Origin: Yuukianura sp. NJ FZ-2021
Lineage: Eukaryota
Length of the DNA stretch: 64,000 nt
NCBI GenBank assembly: GCA_046563655.1
Contig: CM102283.1
Span: 1,364,001 to 1,428,000, forward strand
Direction of reading: 5' to 3'
The notes beneath the pieces are model-generated. The model ran no database searches. It was not told the DNA's origin and was given only the letters and a program-made list of their open reading frames with translations. Shown piece by piece: positions 51,001 to 63,000 of the stretch; within the stretch, counting starts at the first letter, position 1; every line of letters begins with the position of its first letter. The position numbers were made by a program, and so were the translations under genes.

Positions 51001-54000
51001 CGCTATCCCATGATTTCTTCAAAATTCGATACTTAGGCTCAGGAAGTGCTGAGACCAATCTGGCAACAACAGTGGACTCATCCAGATTTGTTCCAATTTC
51101 TGTCAATGACATCCAAATTTGTTCCATTTCTCCAAAAGCCTCAACAAGCTTCTGATTAGGAGAAATCGAATAATTGAAGAATGAAGCCAACGTCTGATTT
51201 TTGTTGACAACACTAGCATCAGAATTCAAATCTCTGAGCTTAGTGTAAATTTCGCTTGAAGTGGAACATCCATAAATATGAGCAGTTTGACTGGCGGACA
51301 ATGTTGGAACAATAAGGGCTTGAGCCTGAATATCCTGCTCATCCCACTTTGTCTGAGCATCTCCGACAGCTTCCGGTCTTGGCTTAGTACCATTTACAAT
51401 ATCCCAAAGCTTCATAGCCTTTAGGATTAAGCCAATCTGAAGTTTCCATCGAATATAGTTGGAACCATCCAATTTCACGACATTCTTCATGTCGAAAATT
51501 GATTTTGAATCCATTTTCCAAGGAATCTTGAAAAGACTCAGAACTTACACAAAATTCCACACTATATGTTATAAGACAGTTGAACTTTTAACCATCAACA
51601 GCCCTCTTTAGTGTGCTTACTCTAGGAAGCAGAGCGTATGAGGTCAAGAGAAAGGACTTTCACCGTAAGGGTCACCTTCTTTCTCTCACCAATGTTCGAT
51701 GCCCGAACCAGAGACTGGGCACAGAGGCGCACAAATGTTAAGTTCCAACTACTTACAACAGTGATTTCAAAATGTAAATCTGAGTTTTTCGATTTTTGGG
51801 ACTTTCACCCAAAAATCACTGGATTCAAATATCGAACTTTCTCTCGCTTGATTCGACTGGGACTGAAACCCAGAATTGAGAACTAACGGGACTAAAACCC
51901 AAATTCTGCTTTCTTTGGGACTGAACCCAAGTGCAAATGTTTTGGGACTGAAACCCAAAATAAAATTGTTCTCAAAAAATCAAAGGTTTGTTTCGTACCT
52001 TCTGATCCAAAGTGAAAGTCCAAATTCACCTTCACTTCCAAAGTTCAAGGAGAAAAGTTCGTGAATTTTTTGTCACTTCAGTTTTTGAAGCACGATTTGT
52101 TCCAATACCTGGTGATTATAAACTCAGGAACTGTCTCATCATTCGTAACTTTCACCAGTTTCACTACCCTGATAGGGTTGACAGTCACTTTGCGTCCAGA
52201 AGAATCACTGGGACAAGTTACGATCAAAGTTTCAAAGTTAAGATTTAAAAGTCCTTTGGTCTCTTTGGACATGGAATCGAGATTCACTATTGAACCAAAA
52301 CTGAATTTTGACGAACCTCCCTCTGCTACCAATTGATAGAATTACTTTAAGAATCATATGGTAATTCTAAATGGATCTTTTCGAGTTTTGGCAATAAGTG
52401 TGTTTTATTAAACTGAAATCCCGACTAAGAACAAATCGGTAGTACCCTTAGTTTTTAAACCAGGTCAACTCCGTAGTTCTAAAAGAATATTCTAGAAGGA
52501 TTGAAATTGAATCATCCTTAGAAGATTCTGTGTCCTCCAAATCTTTCTGGAAGGAATCTTATCTTAATTGCGTTAACATAAATATTGTCACAAAAACAAA
52601 AGAAACGCTCCGAGTCACGTAGACTCTTTGAGCAAGGGCAGAAAAAATGTAAAGAGAATAAAGGTCAAAGATTGACCTCCTTCAGAGTCAATTGCAGTGA
52701 AAATTTAATTAATCTTTTATCAAAAGCTCTCCAGTGATGAGATGTCCAAATCCCACTTTTAATTCACACGCGTTTGTTTGTTCAGTTAACTAGAGTAGTG
52801 TTTTTGACGTTGTTAGTCGTTATTAGAGAATTAATAATTTATCACAGTTTTTATTAAAAAGTTATTAGTTAGAAGTAAATCGCAAGTAAATTCCGAGCAG
52901 TGAAGTTATGTTCCTGTGAGTTTGTGTGAAACCCTGGAACATTTATGGAAGTTTCCAGGAGTTAAAAATGTACATCGGAAGTTGGAAGAACTAGAGGTCA
53001 GGTTAGGCAGTGTTGTGTTGCAAAGTAGGTTGATGATGATAGTAAGATGAGTGGTCCCTTGGAGGTGCGAAAGTGTTGATGGGTTGTCACTTTCACTAAA
53101 GTGACGAACATCTTTTGACTCCCTAATGGCCCCAAATGTCACAACGCAAAACAGCTTCATCTACAGCCCAACAGATTTTAGCCTAAGAACCAGCCCTTTC
53201 ATTTTGAACTTTCAAAAAAGTTTCAAAATTTTAACTCCAAATTATTTCCAAATGAAGCCTCATTTCAGTTGGTTCTTTAAACTCATTTTTGTTGAGTATC
53301 TTTTCACCCCAAACTCTTATTTCCTCTCCCTCAGGACCAACAGCAGTTCAAGTCTACCTACTTTCACTTCATACAACATTCAAAAATTTCAAAAAACGAG
53401 CGGGAAAGATGAATTTTAAAGTTTCCGTGCTCCAATTTCCTCTGTGTCTCATTACGCCTCGTACACAACCCATAAATCCTTCTTCCCGCCACGGTGCACT
53501 CCCTGAAGATTCTTTTTCTTTGTGTTGGAGTGGTTAGGTTTAGAGTGGAGTGGGCCATAACTCCCCTAATGGGGGACCTAGAACCCCCCGGGGGACCCCC
53601 GACCCCCTTAACAACTCTTTTCATAACCCCCCCCCCCCTAGCAACCTCTTTTCATAACCCCCCCCCCCTCTGATCCACCCCCCTTGGCCCCACTCTGTGT
53701 AAATATGCCAAGGGAAGCTCAATTCATAATTCCCGGTTCAAGTGGTTAGAAAGCCGGAGGACTCCGCACACACTTTCCTAAATGAAACCAATTTGAAGAG
53801 TAGCGGGAAGTTTTGAACTAGGACGAAGATCAATACTGGAAACTGCACTAGGAGAAAGTTCAAAACCAACAAAAACTGAAAATTCAAACAAGGAATTGGC
53901 GCCAAAACAGACTTTTCAAAAAACGGGAGAAGGGTGATGTGGTGACAGCGGGTTTTCTTAAACGCGGTTTCTCGGTTTTCCTCGAAAAGTCCAAACATCT

Positions 54001-57000
54001 TCGACGTGAACTTTTTTTTGGTGAATAGCGAAAACGTGAACTTTTTGGTTGAAAGCCGAGGAGAAAGTTAATGAGGCTTCCAATAACGAGGAAAAGAGAA
54101 AGTTACGCAGTTTGAACTTACCACTACAAAAAGTTGAATTTTGAATTTCCCAACTCAAACTCATTTTCCCTAATCGCTTTCACCTCTTAACCAACTTTAA
54201 GGTGTGTTTAAGTTCAAAGTTTGAACTTTTAATTGTAAAACTCAATTGAAATTTGCCCTAACTTGATCCTCTCTGACGCACTTCTATTCAAAAAATACGT
54301 TTCGTCCACAAATGACTGTTTTGAAAAATTATTCCTTTTCAAGAAAACCAAGAAGAAAAAGTGGATCAGTTTGGAAATAAAGTTGTGGAAGTTGATCTTC
54401 CTCCTTTTTCAAAAGAACAATGCGAGGCTTACCATGTGGCAGAAGAATAATAGAAAGAGTTGAGTCTGTTTGTGTGTCTTATTTTGTTGTTTTGAGTTGA
54501 TGAGGGTTGACAATCACAAATCCCCTCTCTTGGCGCTTTACTTTCTTTTTGAACTTTCCCGCTCTTTTGTCCAACTTCAGAAATCCAGAGGAAGACACAA
54601 AGAAAACTGAGAGAGACTCTTTATCTCCCTCTCCAGCCATTGTTCCTTGGCCCAATTCTTGCTCAAGAAAGTTCCAAAAATACTAACGCACAAGAATAGA
54701 AGTTAACGCGTAATCGACGTGAACGTGTATAACATCAATGAGTATACTGACGTGAAACTGCTAAAGTTAAGGTAATGAGTACAGGGATTGTTGTGAACGT
54801 AGAAGCTTCTGAGTGTTTTGAACACTACAAACTTAAAAAACTTTAGAGACTATGAGCATTCAGGGCTGCCAAAAATATTTACCGGAAACTAGCGAAATAT
54901 TTAAATAAATACCTCATTTACTTGAAAAAGCTTGAAAGCTTGAAATATTTACTTTACTTTATACTTTTGAGTACTTTAACATTAAGCGCATGGGAAAATA
55001 AATCATAAATATTTGGCAACAAAAAGACCTGAAATACTGATTTTGCTGACGTTATAGGCATAGAAAGTAAATATTTTTGGCATGTCTGTGACCATTAACT
55101 TAAAGGTATCGCTGTTGTGAACATGGTACACATAAATGCTGGTACTTATAACTGGTTTGAACATCTTTAACTAATAGTGTCGATGTTCTGAACATGCTGT
55201 ACATCGCTGTTAGTACTATTACTAGACTTGCTAAAAACATTTTTTTTAAATATTAAATATTTTTTTATTTTTTAAAGCGTCCAGTAGCTTAGTTGCCACT
55301 TTCACTCGATATTTCCCATGGAAGAAATTTCGCTGGCAAAGCTCCGCCCTTTTTCATTCATCCATTTTGTCCATTTCTTCCACTGATATCCAGCCGTGGA
55401 TGAAATGTCGAAAAAGTGGATATATCCACCAATACTGATCTAACGTGAACGTGGTGGCCGTGAACGTGTATCTGTTGTGAACATTGTAGCTGTGACAGCA
55501 TATCTGAGGTAAACGTGAAAGTATAGCTGTCGTGAACATGGATAGAGTGAAAGAAGTGAAAGCGAAAGGACGAACCCGTCCAGCAAAGACTTTCTCTCTA
55601 TTTTGTATTTATCTCAAGGAAATGACAATGGCAGAAATCCATTCAGCTGAATTAAGTTCTTGGAGTTCCAGCAACCCACTTTTACTTGTCCAGTCTTCCT
55701 CATCCCACATCCACATCCGACGGGATTACGACATAGCAGTACCACCATCGCCCCACCCAAATGCCCCACCAACCACTTCCACCGACCATCATGTCTCTTC
55801 CAAAGTACACAAAGGGTCCATTGTTTACACAAAATCTATTACATTTCATTTCTCAATTCAACTAGAGTGAAGAGGACAAACAACTTGGCGGCGATGGACA
55901 TTTTCATTCCAGCTATTCCTAAAGGTAACTAAGTATTTTCAAGCTCCACAACACGCTTTGTAATCATGTCATTTGGGTACAAAATTTAATGTTTTTGGAA
56001 AATGAAAAGTAAAAACTTAGAAATTCTCGTTTCGGGCTTGTTAAAAGTGACTACCTTGAAAATTTTCATGAAAATTTTCATGTACAAAATTTCTCTTCAG
56101 AAAATTCGAAATCCAGAATTCTCATTTCTGCAAGAAGTGAAAACGCATATTTTCATTTTGGAAAATTGAAAATCAATCATTTTTATTTACAAGAAAATGG
56201 ACAATAGAAATCAAGAATTCTGGGAAAGGTGAAAATTGCGTTGTTTTCATTTTCGAAAAACGTTGTTAAATGTACGTAAACTGTTTTCATTTGACGCATT
56301 AAAGTTGATTAATACATGTTTGTCTCTTTTTTTTTGCTCAAACAGTGCCTAACGTTACAAAAATTGTGAGTCGTTCTTTTAAAAACGTTAAGCCTGACAC
56401 CATTGAAAAGGATTCCGGCGTAAAAAGGATATCCTTTTGCAGAAAAATCTAATAGAGGCCTTAGGAAATTAGAGGGCGAGAAGATGGAAAAGTAGAGTTG
56501 TAATTAAATTTAGGCTAAAGGAAATAATTGATCCCTTAATTATCACGGCTTTCTCCAACAGAAGGGAGAAAACACAAATCCTAACTAACTTACTCCAAAA
56601 CAACATAGCTAGAACATATACTGTCCTTTAGGTTACGTTATTCCCATTGTTTTCACCCCACAAACTCCAAAACACAAAATCCAACCTTAAAACGTATTCA
56701 ACACTTGACAATGCCTATGTTACAAGTACCTTACCACTCTGGCTCATTTTCAAATTTCAAATTATCTCAACCCAAAACACGTCCACTTCCTTTACGTTTG
56801 TACTCACCACCAAAATCAAGTGCAACTCAAACATTTCAAATCAAACAACGTTTCTCCTCATGTTTCAAAGTCAAGTGTTCAGCACAATCTACATTATCAA
56901 ACACTGTATTCCCTTAACATCTCTGCATACTCATGTCTCGACTTGCCCCAACTGCGTTCCACGCCGACGCTAACCTAATTGTTGGCATCAAACGAATCAT

Positions 57001-60000
57001 CGACTATGTTTCTTGAGCAAAGCTTTGCCTGGTGCTAAAACTTAGACTAACCGAGGTCAAAGGTCAAACAAATATGACTTACACTAAGGGTAATTTGAAG
57101 TAACACAGAACTAAATCTGGCAAACTGAAAATATGTTTTGTGTTAATAAGATTAAAGGTTACATACATATATGAACTTCATAGAAGAAAGAAGACGCATA
57201 AGTTGCGTAATCATGAAATTAGTCGGACGAAACAAAAACTAAATTGAGTCTATTCGCAAACCCTAGTTTTGTTGTCGTACCGCAGTATTACACAATAATC
57301 TTTATACAATCCAGCTTACCACACACAAAAACCTAACTTACCTAGCAACCTAACGCAGTAGAAGATATGGGTAATCACCTGTATTGAACCTAATAACCTA
57401 ACCTATTAGTGTCTCTCAACAAAATTGAAATCTCCCTCCAGTGCCTCCTTGGAGCCTAATCATGGTTTATCGATATGTTTGGAATTGGTGTGCTAAAGAC
57501 AGAGGAACCTCTTGTTATACTAAGCTGAGAGGTTCCTCTATGCGTTGCACAAAGGGTTCCTTGACCCAATTATAGTTTGGCCATGTATCTTTATGCCTTT
57601 GGCACTCGGTGAAAGTGGGAGATCTGGTGAAAGGAGAGGCAGTTAGCAGCATCGGATTTTGGGGAGTGGAGGGAACTAGGAATACGGTTATATTTATTTC
57701 AAAGTTTCCCGCCCTGTCTTCCAAATGGAGACTAATATACCTCCGCTCCTTCCAGAAAACGTCTATTATTCCAAATGGTCTCCTCTACACACTAGAGTAG
57801 GATCCACTACAATGTATAATATATCGTATTATTCCAAATTCCAAAAGCCCTTTTTTTCTTTCCCGCCAAGACTTTTTTGAAAATGAGGTCGCTGAGCAGA
57901 GAGCGGGAAAAGGAGGTAGAATTTGAATAAAAGAAAACGGAACATGACAAGTGATTGGATTCTGGCAAGAACACGTAGCTCTCAGTGGCAGCGGCTTGTC
58001 AACATACAGTCAGCCGTCCTCCATGTTTAGCCTGACAATGTGTCAGGAGGGGGGTACTTGAGGGTCCATTGGATTTTGGCCCAAAACAAACAGTCGACGT
58101 CAAATCCCTTGGTACATGTCACCACTGACTGACTGGAAGGGCCCCCTTTCAGTTTTTCACATGATTCAAATTTCTTTTTTGAAGTTTGCGTAACCGAGCA
58201 TTATGGTGTCATCACATGTCAGACTAAAAGTTATTACATTTGACTGCCCGCTTGCGTCATCACTACTCTGGACTGACGGACAGAAACAACTAAGTTATTC
58301 ATTATCCATGATGAACAATTTTCGAAATTTAGGAAATTGAAAAACAGTGCATGTTGCAAATGAGGTTTCGATTTTCCATCGAACCGATTAAAAATCGTTA
58401 GGCCGTGTGACTTCCTCTCCTGTGGATCAATTTTCATGACTTTTTTTCTTAAAAAATTTTCTAATTCTGTTTTTGTTTTTTGGAAAATATACGGAAGCTA
58501 ACTTGTGACTGTTATTGTTTCCGCGCTTCAATTGGAATTCGATTTGAAAAAAAAAGTTGTACCCGATCCGCCATACTTCAACCGAGGAAACGGAGTGTCA
58601 CTTTGACTTACCGACGACGTTGAGATGGTATCTGAGTATTTTGGGGGGATGAGACGAGATCTGACACTGATACTCCCCGCTGCTATTCAAACTGACTTTG
58701 CCTAGTTTGAGTTGGAAGTTGTTTGGCGGCACAAAATGGAGACTAATCCGTTTGGCATCTGACGAGTAAACGACTTGGTCCACCGTCAACAACTGCAGGT
58801 TACCACTCTCGTCTCCCTTCATCCACGAAACCTAAAACAAAAAAAAATAATTACATTTAAAAAAAAACAACATTAAATGTTGTTGAAATACTAAACTTGA
58901 AACAAATTTTGCTTCAAGTTTAGTATTTCCAGAAAAAATAAGAAAAAACGAATAATCCTGTGATTCAACTTTTATGCTGATGTTAATTTTGTGCAAAAGC
59001 ATAAAGCACTCAATCATCTTTGATATTTTTGTAACCGCGATGCGCATGATACTAGTGCATGTGTATCATATACTAGGCTGTCAGCAGGAACAAAAAGTAA
59101 AGTCTTCCCAAGTCTTACCCCATAAAAGTGTTCCAGTATATGAAAGAAAATTACAGTAAAATTTTCAGAATTTTTTTTCAACTCTAAAGGGTGCCGCAGA
59201 CATGTTACAGATTAGCAATGGACGCCCTATTAGAATGTACGCATCTAAGCCCGTTTATTCTTATTTATTGTTATTCGCTGTAGAGTAGCTTTTTTCGTTT
59301 CAGTGAAAGAAACTGAAATAAATGAAATAAACTGAAAATTGAAAGAAACTACAGCTGTTTTGTTTCAGTCCATAAATTTAGGTTGGGAAAGCAAAACTTC
59401 GTTTCACCCTAAAGAAATGAAGAAAATTGAAATTAACTGAAACTCAAATACCCACAACATACCCGCAACATACCCACAACATACCCACAACATACCCGCA
59501 ACATACCCACAACATACCAACAACATACCAACAACATACCAACAACATACCAACAACATACCCACAACATACCAACAACATACCAACAACATACCAACAA
59601 CATGCCAACAACATACCCGCAACATACCCACAACATACCCACAACATACCAACAACATACCCGCAACATACCAACAATATACCAACAACATACCAACAAC
59701 ATACCCGCAACATACCAACAACATACCCGCAACATACCAACAACATACCCGCAACATACCCGCAACATACCCGCAACATACCCACAACATACCAACAACA
59801 TACCCGCAACATACCCGCAACATACCCACAACATACCAACAACATACCCGCAACATACCAACAATATACCAACAACATACCAACAACATACCAACAACAT
59901 ACCAACAACATACCAACAACATACCCGCAACATACCAACAATATACCAACAACATACCAACAACATACCCGCAACATACCAACAACATACCAACAACATA

Positions 60001-63000
60001 CCCGCAACATACTGTGATGAAACGAAGTCAGCGACCTCATAGTTCACGTCAACTTGCATATTAGTTTTGTAGTTAGAAATCTTTTGTCTTTTTGTAAAAT
60101 GTAAACTAGAAACCGGATTGTACTAGTTTGGTCATTGACCTAGGGTGCAAAATTAGACTTATGTTTGCCAACATGTTAATTTGGAGTAGGATTCCCTCTT
60201 GTTTTACTCCTCGTAGTTTCCGGCTGGGGCCCTATAAAAGGACCCAGCCCTGCCTGTACAAATAATCATTCTCTACTGTGACTCTGCTCCGCTTGGACAG
60301 AGTTCACCTTTACTACTCGCCAGTTGACCTCTGCGAGGTCAAACTGGACTTTTCAATTTCATTTAAACTTTGAATAAAAAAGTTCATTTCTACCTTCCAC
60401 CACGGAAGGCAAAACAAACTTTGTAGTGTTGTTTCTTTTTCTTTTAGGCCTAAAAGGCCTTATTTCACTACAATACCAACAACATACCAACAACATACCC
60501 GCAACATACCCGCAACATACCAACAATATACCAACAACATACCCGCAACATACCAACAATATACCAACAACATACCCGCAACATACCCGCAACATACCAA
60601 CAACATACCAACAACATACCCGCAACATACCCACAACATACCCGCAACATACCCGCAACATACCCACAACATACCAACAACATACCCACAACATACCAAC
60701 AACATATTCACAACATACCAACAACAAACCCACAACATACCAACAACATACCCGCAACATACCAACAACATACCCGCAACATACCCACAACATATCCGTA
60801 AGTAGGTTATCCCTATATAAATCGTTGATCCCGTTGCGGCACTCCCTAGCGTTGGAATAAAAATCTGAAAATTTTACCAATTTTTGTTGCGGCACTCCCT
60901 AGCGTTGGAATAAAAATCTGAAAATTTTACCAATTTTTCTTCTCATATAATGTAACGATTATGTGGGGTAAGGCTTAAAGTAGAAGTAGTTTGAAAAACC
61001 CAATGTATTCTGTTGACAGTCTAATCATATACTCATGAACAGGGTGGGCCTTCAATCTCCGTACCCTCTTTCTTTTCCTCTCACTCTGCTCATAAGAAAC
61101 TCATGTGAGAGTTTCTCTTTCTTTCACTTGGGTACGCACTTCTGGGGCGCACCCTGTATGAAATTGATTTAGTGATGATATTTTTTCATGAGCATGAGAA
61201 ATTGATGAAACTCGTATGTGAGCATGAAAAACTGATGAAACTCGTGTGTGAGCATGAAAAACTGATGAAACTCGTGGGGGAGTATGAGAAACTGATGAAA
61301 CTCGGGTGTGAGTATGAGAAACTGATGAGTATGAAAATCACAAAGTGTACGATTAATACTGGTTCATCACAACAATATCAATCCACGAGTATGAAACAGT
61401 ACATTTGATATAAAAATCATAATTGCTTATGAGATTTGTGCATGACTATGGCAGACAACCATGCATGATTCGTGTTGATGATGCTCACGCAGGCGAAAAG
61501 TTTATATGCATTACATTACAAGTCTGCAAAAACAGAGGTGCGGGTGTGGGGAAAGCATGTGGCGAAATTCCCGGGGATTGATTCTCAACATTCAATTAGC
61601 TCCCGTGGGAGGTAGGGAGACGGGGGAAGGTGGGGCGGTGGCTTCATTTAATTTTGGTGGAATGCCCTCATGTCTCTGTCTGAAGAGCCTTTCAAGTCCT
61701 TCACTCTTCATTTCCCAATTGAAACTAATCACAAATGCTCTTTCACTTTTCACTTATAAAAGGGAAAGCTTAAATCAACCGAGGTTTCACCCATTTCAAC
61801 AACTCAAGGAAATTTCAACAAACGGAATTTCCAATCTGTAGGTCAAAAGGTCAACTTTTTTTTTGTAAAAACTTTTCGCAAAGGTGAACTTTTTTGAAAA
61901 GTCATAAGCTTTTTCGGAGGCAACTTTTTTTTTTTTTGTAAAAACTTAACTTTTTAACAAACCTGTTAAAGCCACACTAGTTTATTTAGTTTCAATTTTC
62001 AACTCTTTGAAAAAAAAATGTAATGTGCTGTCATTCAACATCCAGTTGGAGAAAAACTTTTTGAACTTTATGTTTATTACTTGACAGAATTCAATTTCGG
62101 TTGTTGTTTTTTCTGTTAAAAAAAGTTTAAAATAAAAAAGTTTTTTCCACAAAGTTTTCACCAAACAGCTTCTTTCAATTCAAAATAAAAACATAAAAGT
62201 TGGAGTAGGAAATTGGACAAAACAATTTCCGTTAGCATTTTATGTTTTTAAATTTTGAAATTTTGTTGGCGTGTTTTTTAGATGTATTTGAGCAGTAGTA
62301 AACACTGAATTAAAATTTCAAAGGGAATGCGGATAGCCTCTAGCAGTTTCGGCTTGTCGCAAAGACTTCACATTTTATTTCTGTTTGTCCCCCTTGTAAA
62401 GCCATTTTTTTTCGGAATCCTAGTTTCAATTTTTTTCAAAATGAGGATTTTGAACACCCAGAAATCCGGCGTTTTTCAAGTTTTATTCTCCGTTGTTCCA
62501 TCAAGTCATAAATCATTTTGCTGTTGTTACCCCAGCAGCAGAGAAAGTAAGGCGAATTGCTGTACTTGGAAATTGAACCCCCGCGGCGTTTTCCTTCTAC
62601 TACTCTCGAGACTTGAATTGAGTTCTCATCGCTGTACTTGGTGTGCTCCCCATGTGCATAAATGTACAATGTGTTTCAAAAGTCTGGCATAGCCTAACTT
62701 AACCTAACCTAAATTTGAGCTCCTCAGTTCAGCAGGGGATTAATCTGGAGTGTTTATGGTTGAAGAACTAAACCGTTAGCGTTTTGTCTTCATTTTTGGA
62801 ACACCTTGTACATTTCCAAATAAAGACGCAGGAAGCACAGTAAACGAAGTGCTGATGATGAGGTAAACGCTTTCTCCGTTCCCGCCTTTTCTCCTGGGTC
62901 CCCACTTTGTGATTCTGCTCTCGTTCTAATGAAAGTTCTTGATATCTGAAGGCTTTACGTTGTTAGGTTAGGCATTGGGTTAGCCCTAGTGACCTCCCGA

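Larger units (their letters stand above)
45436..52684 (-). mobile_element. Full-length Ty1/copia LTR retrotransposon with env-like gene (7249 bp)
   Basis: Two 351-bp LTRs (TG...CA) with no differences seen by eye, 5-bp TSD GAGTC (45431-45435 and 52685-52689), PBS, PPT and a single intact ORF in PR-IN-RT-RH order. Confidence 0.97.

Noticed and set aside
45687-51155. Short antisense and alternative-frame ORFs within the retrotransposon
   Set aside because: They are shadows of the long polyprotein ORF with no recognisable motifs.
45809-51514. Classification as BEL/Pao or errantivirus (the usual env-bearing invertebrate elements)
   Set aside because: Integrase precedes RT, there is a single CCHC knuckle, and the RT/RH motifs (LYGLKQAPR, YVDD, HIDVRYH, ADFLTK) are copia-specific.
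51791-51960. CRISPR-like repeat-spacer pattern
   Set aside because: Repeats are only ~13 nt with ~15-nt spacers, there are no cas genes, and the context is a eukaryotic retroelement leader.
59404-60895. Long ORFs on both strands (PTTYQQHTNNI / MLLVCCWYVVG repeats)
   Set aside because: They are translations of an 11-bp minisatellite lacking stops in several frames, interrupted by a solo LTR and lying inside the dpr intron.
61172-61408. ORF with HEKLMKLVCE repeats
   Set aside because: It is the translation of a 30-bp minisatellite; no splice or promoter support.
62692-62712. AACCT/TTAGG telomere-like motifs (also ~21313, 28091, 28551, 45207, 57330)
   Set aside because: Only 2-3 imperfect units each, so not a telomeric or interstitial telomeric array.
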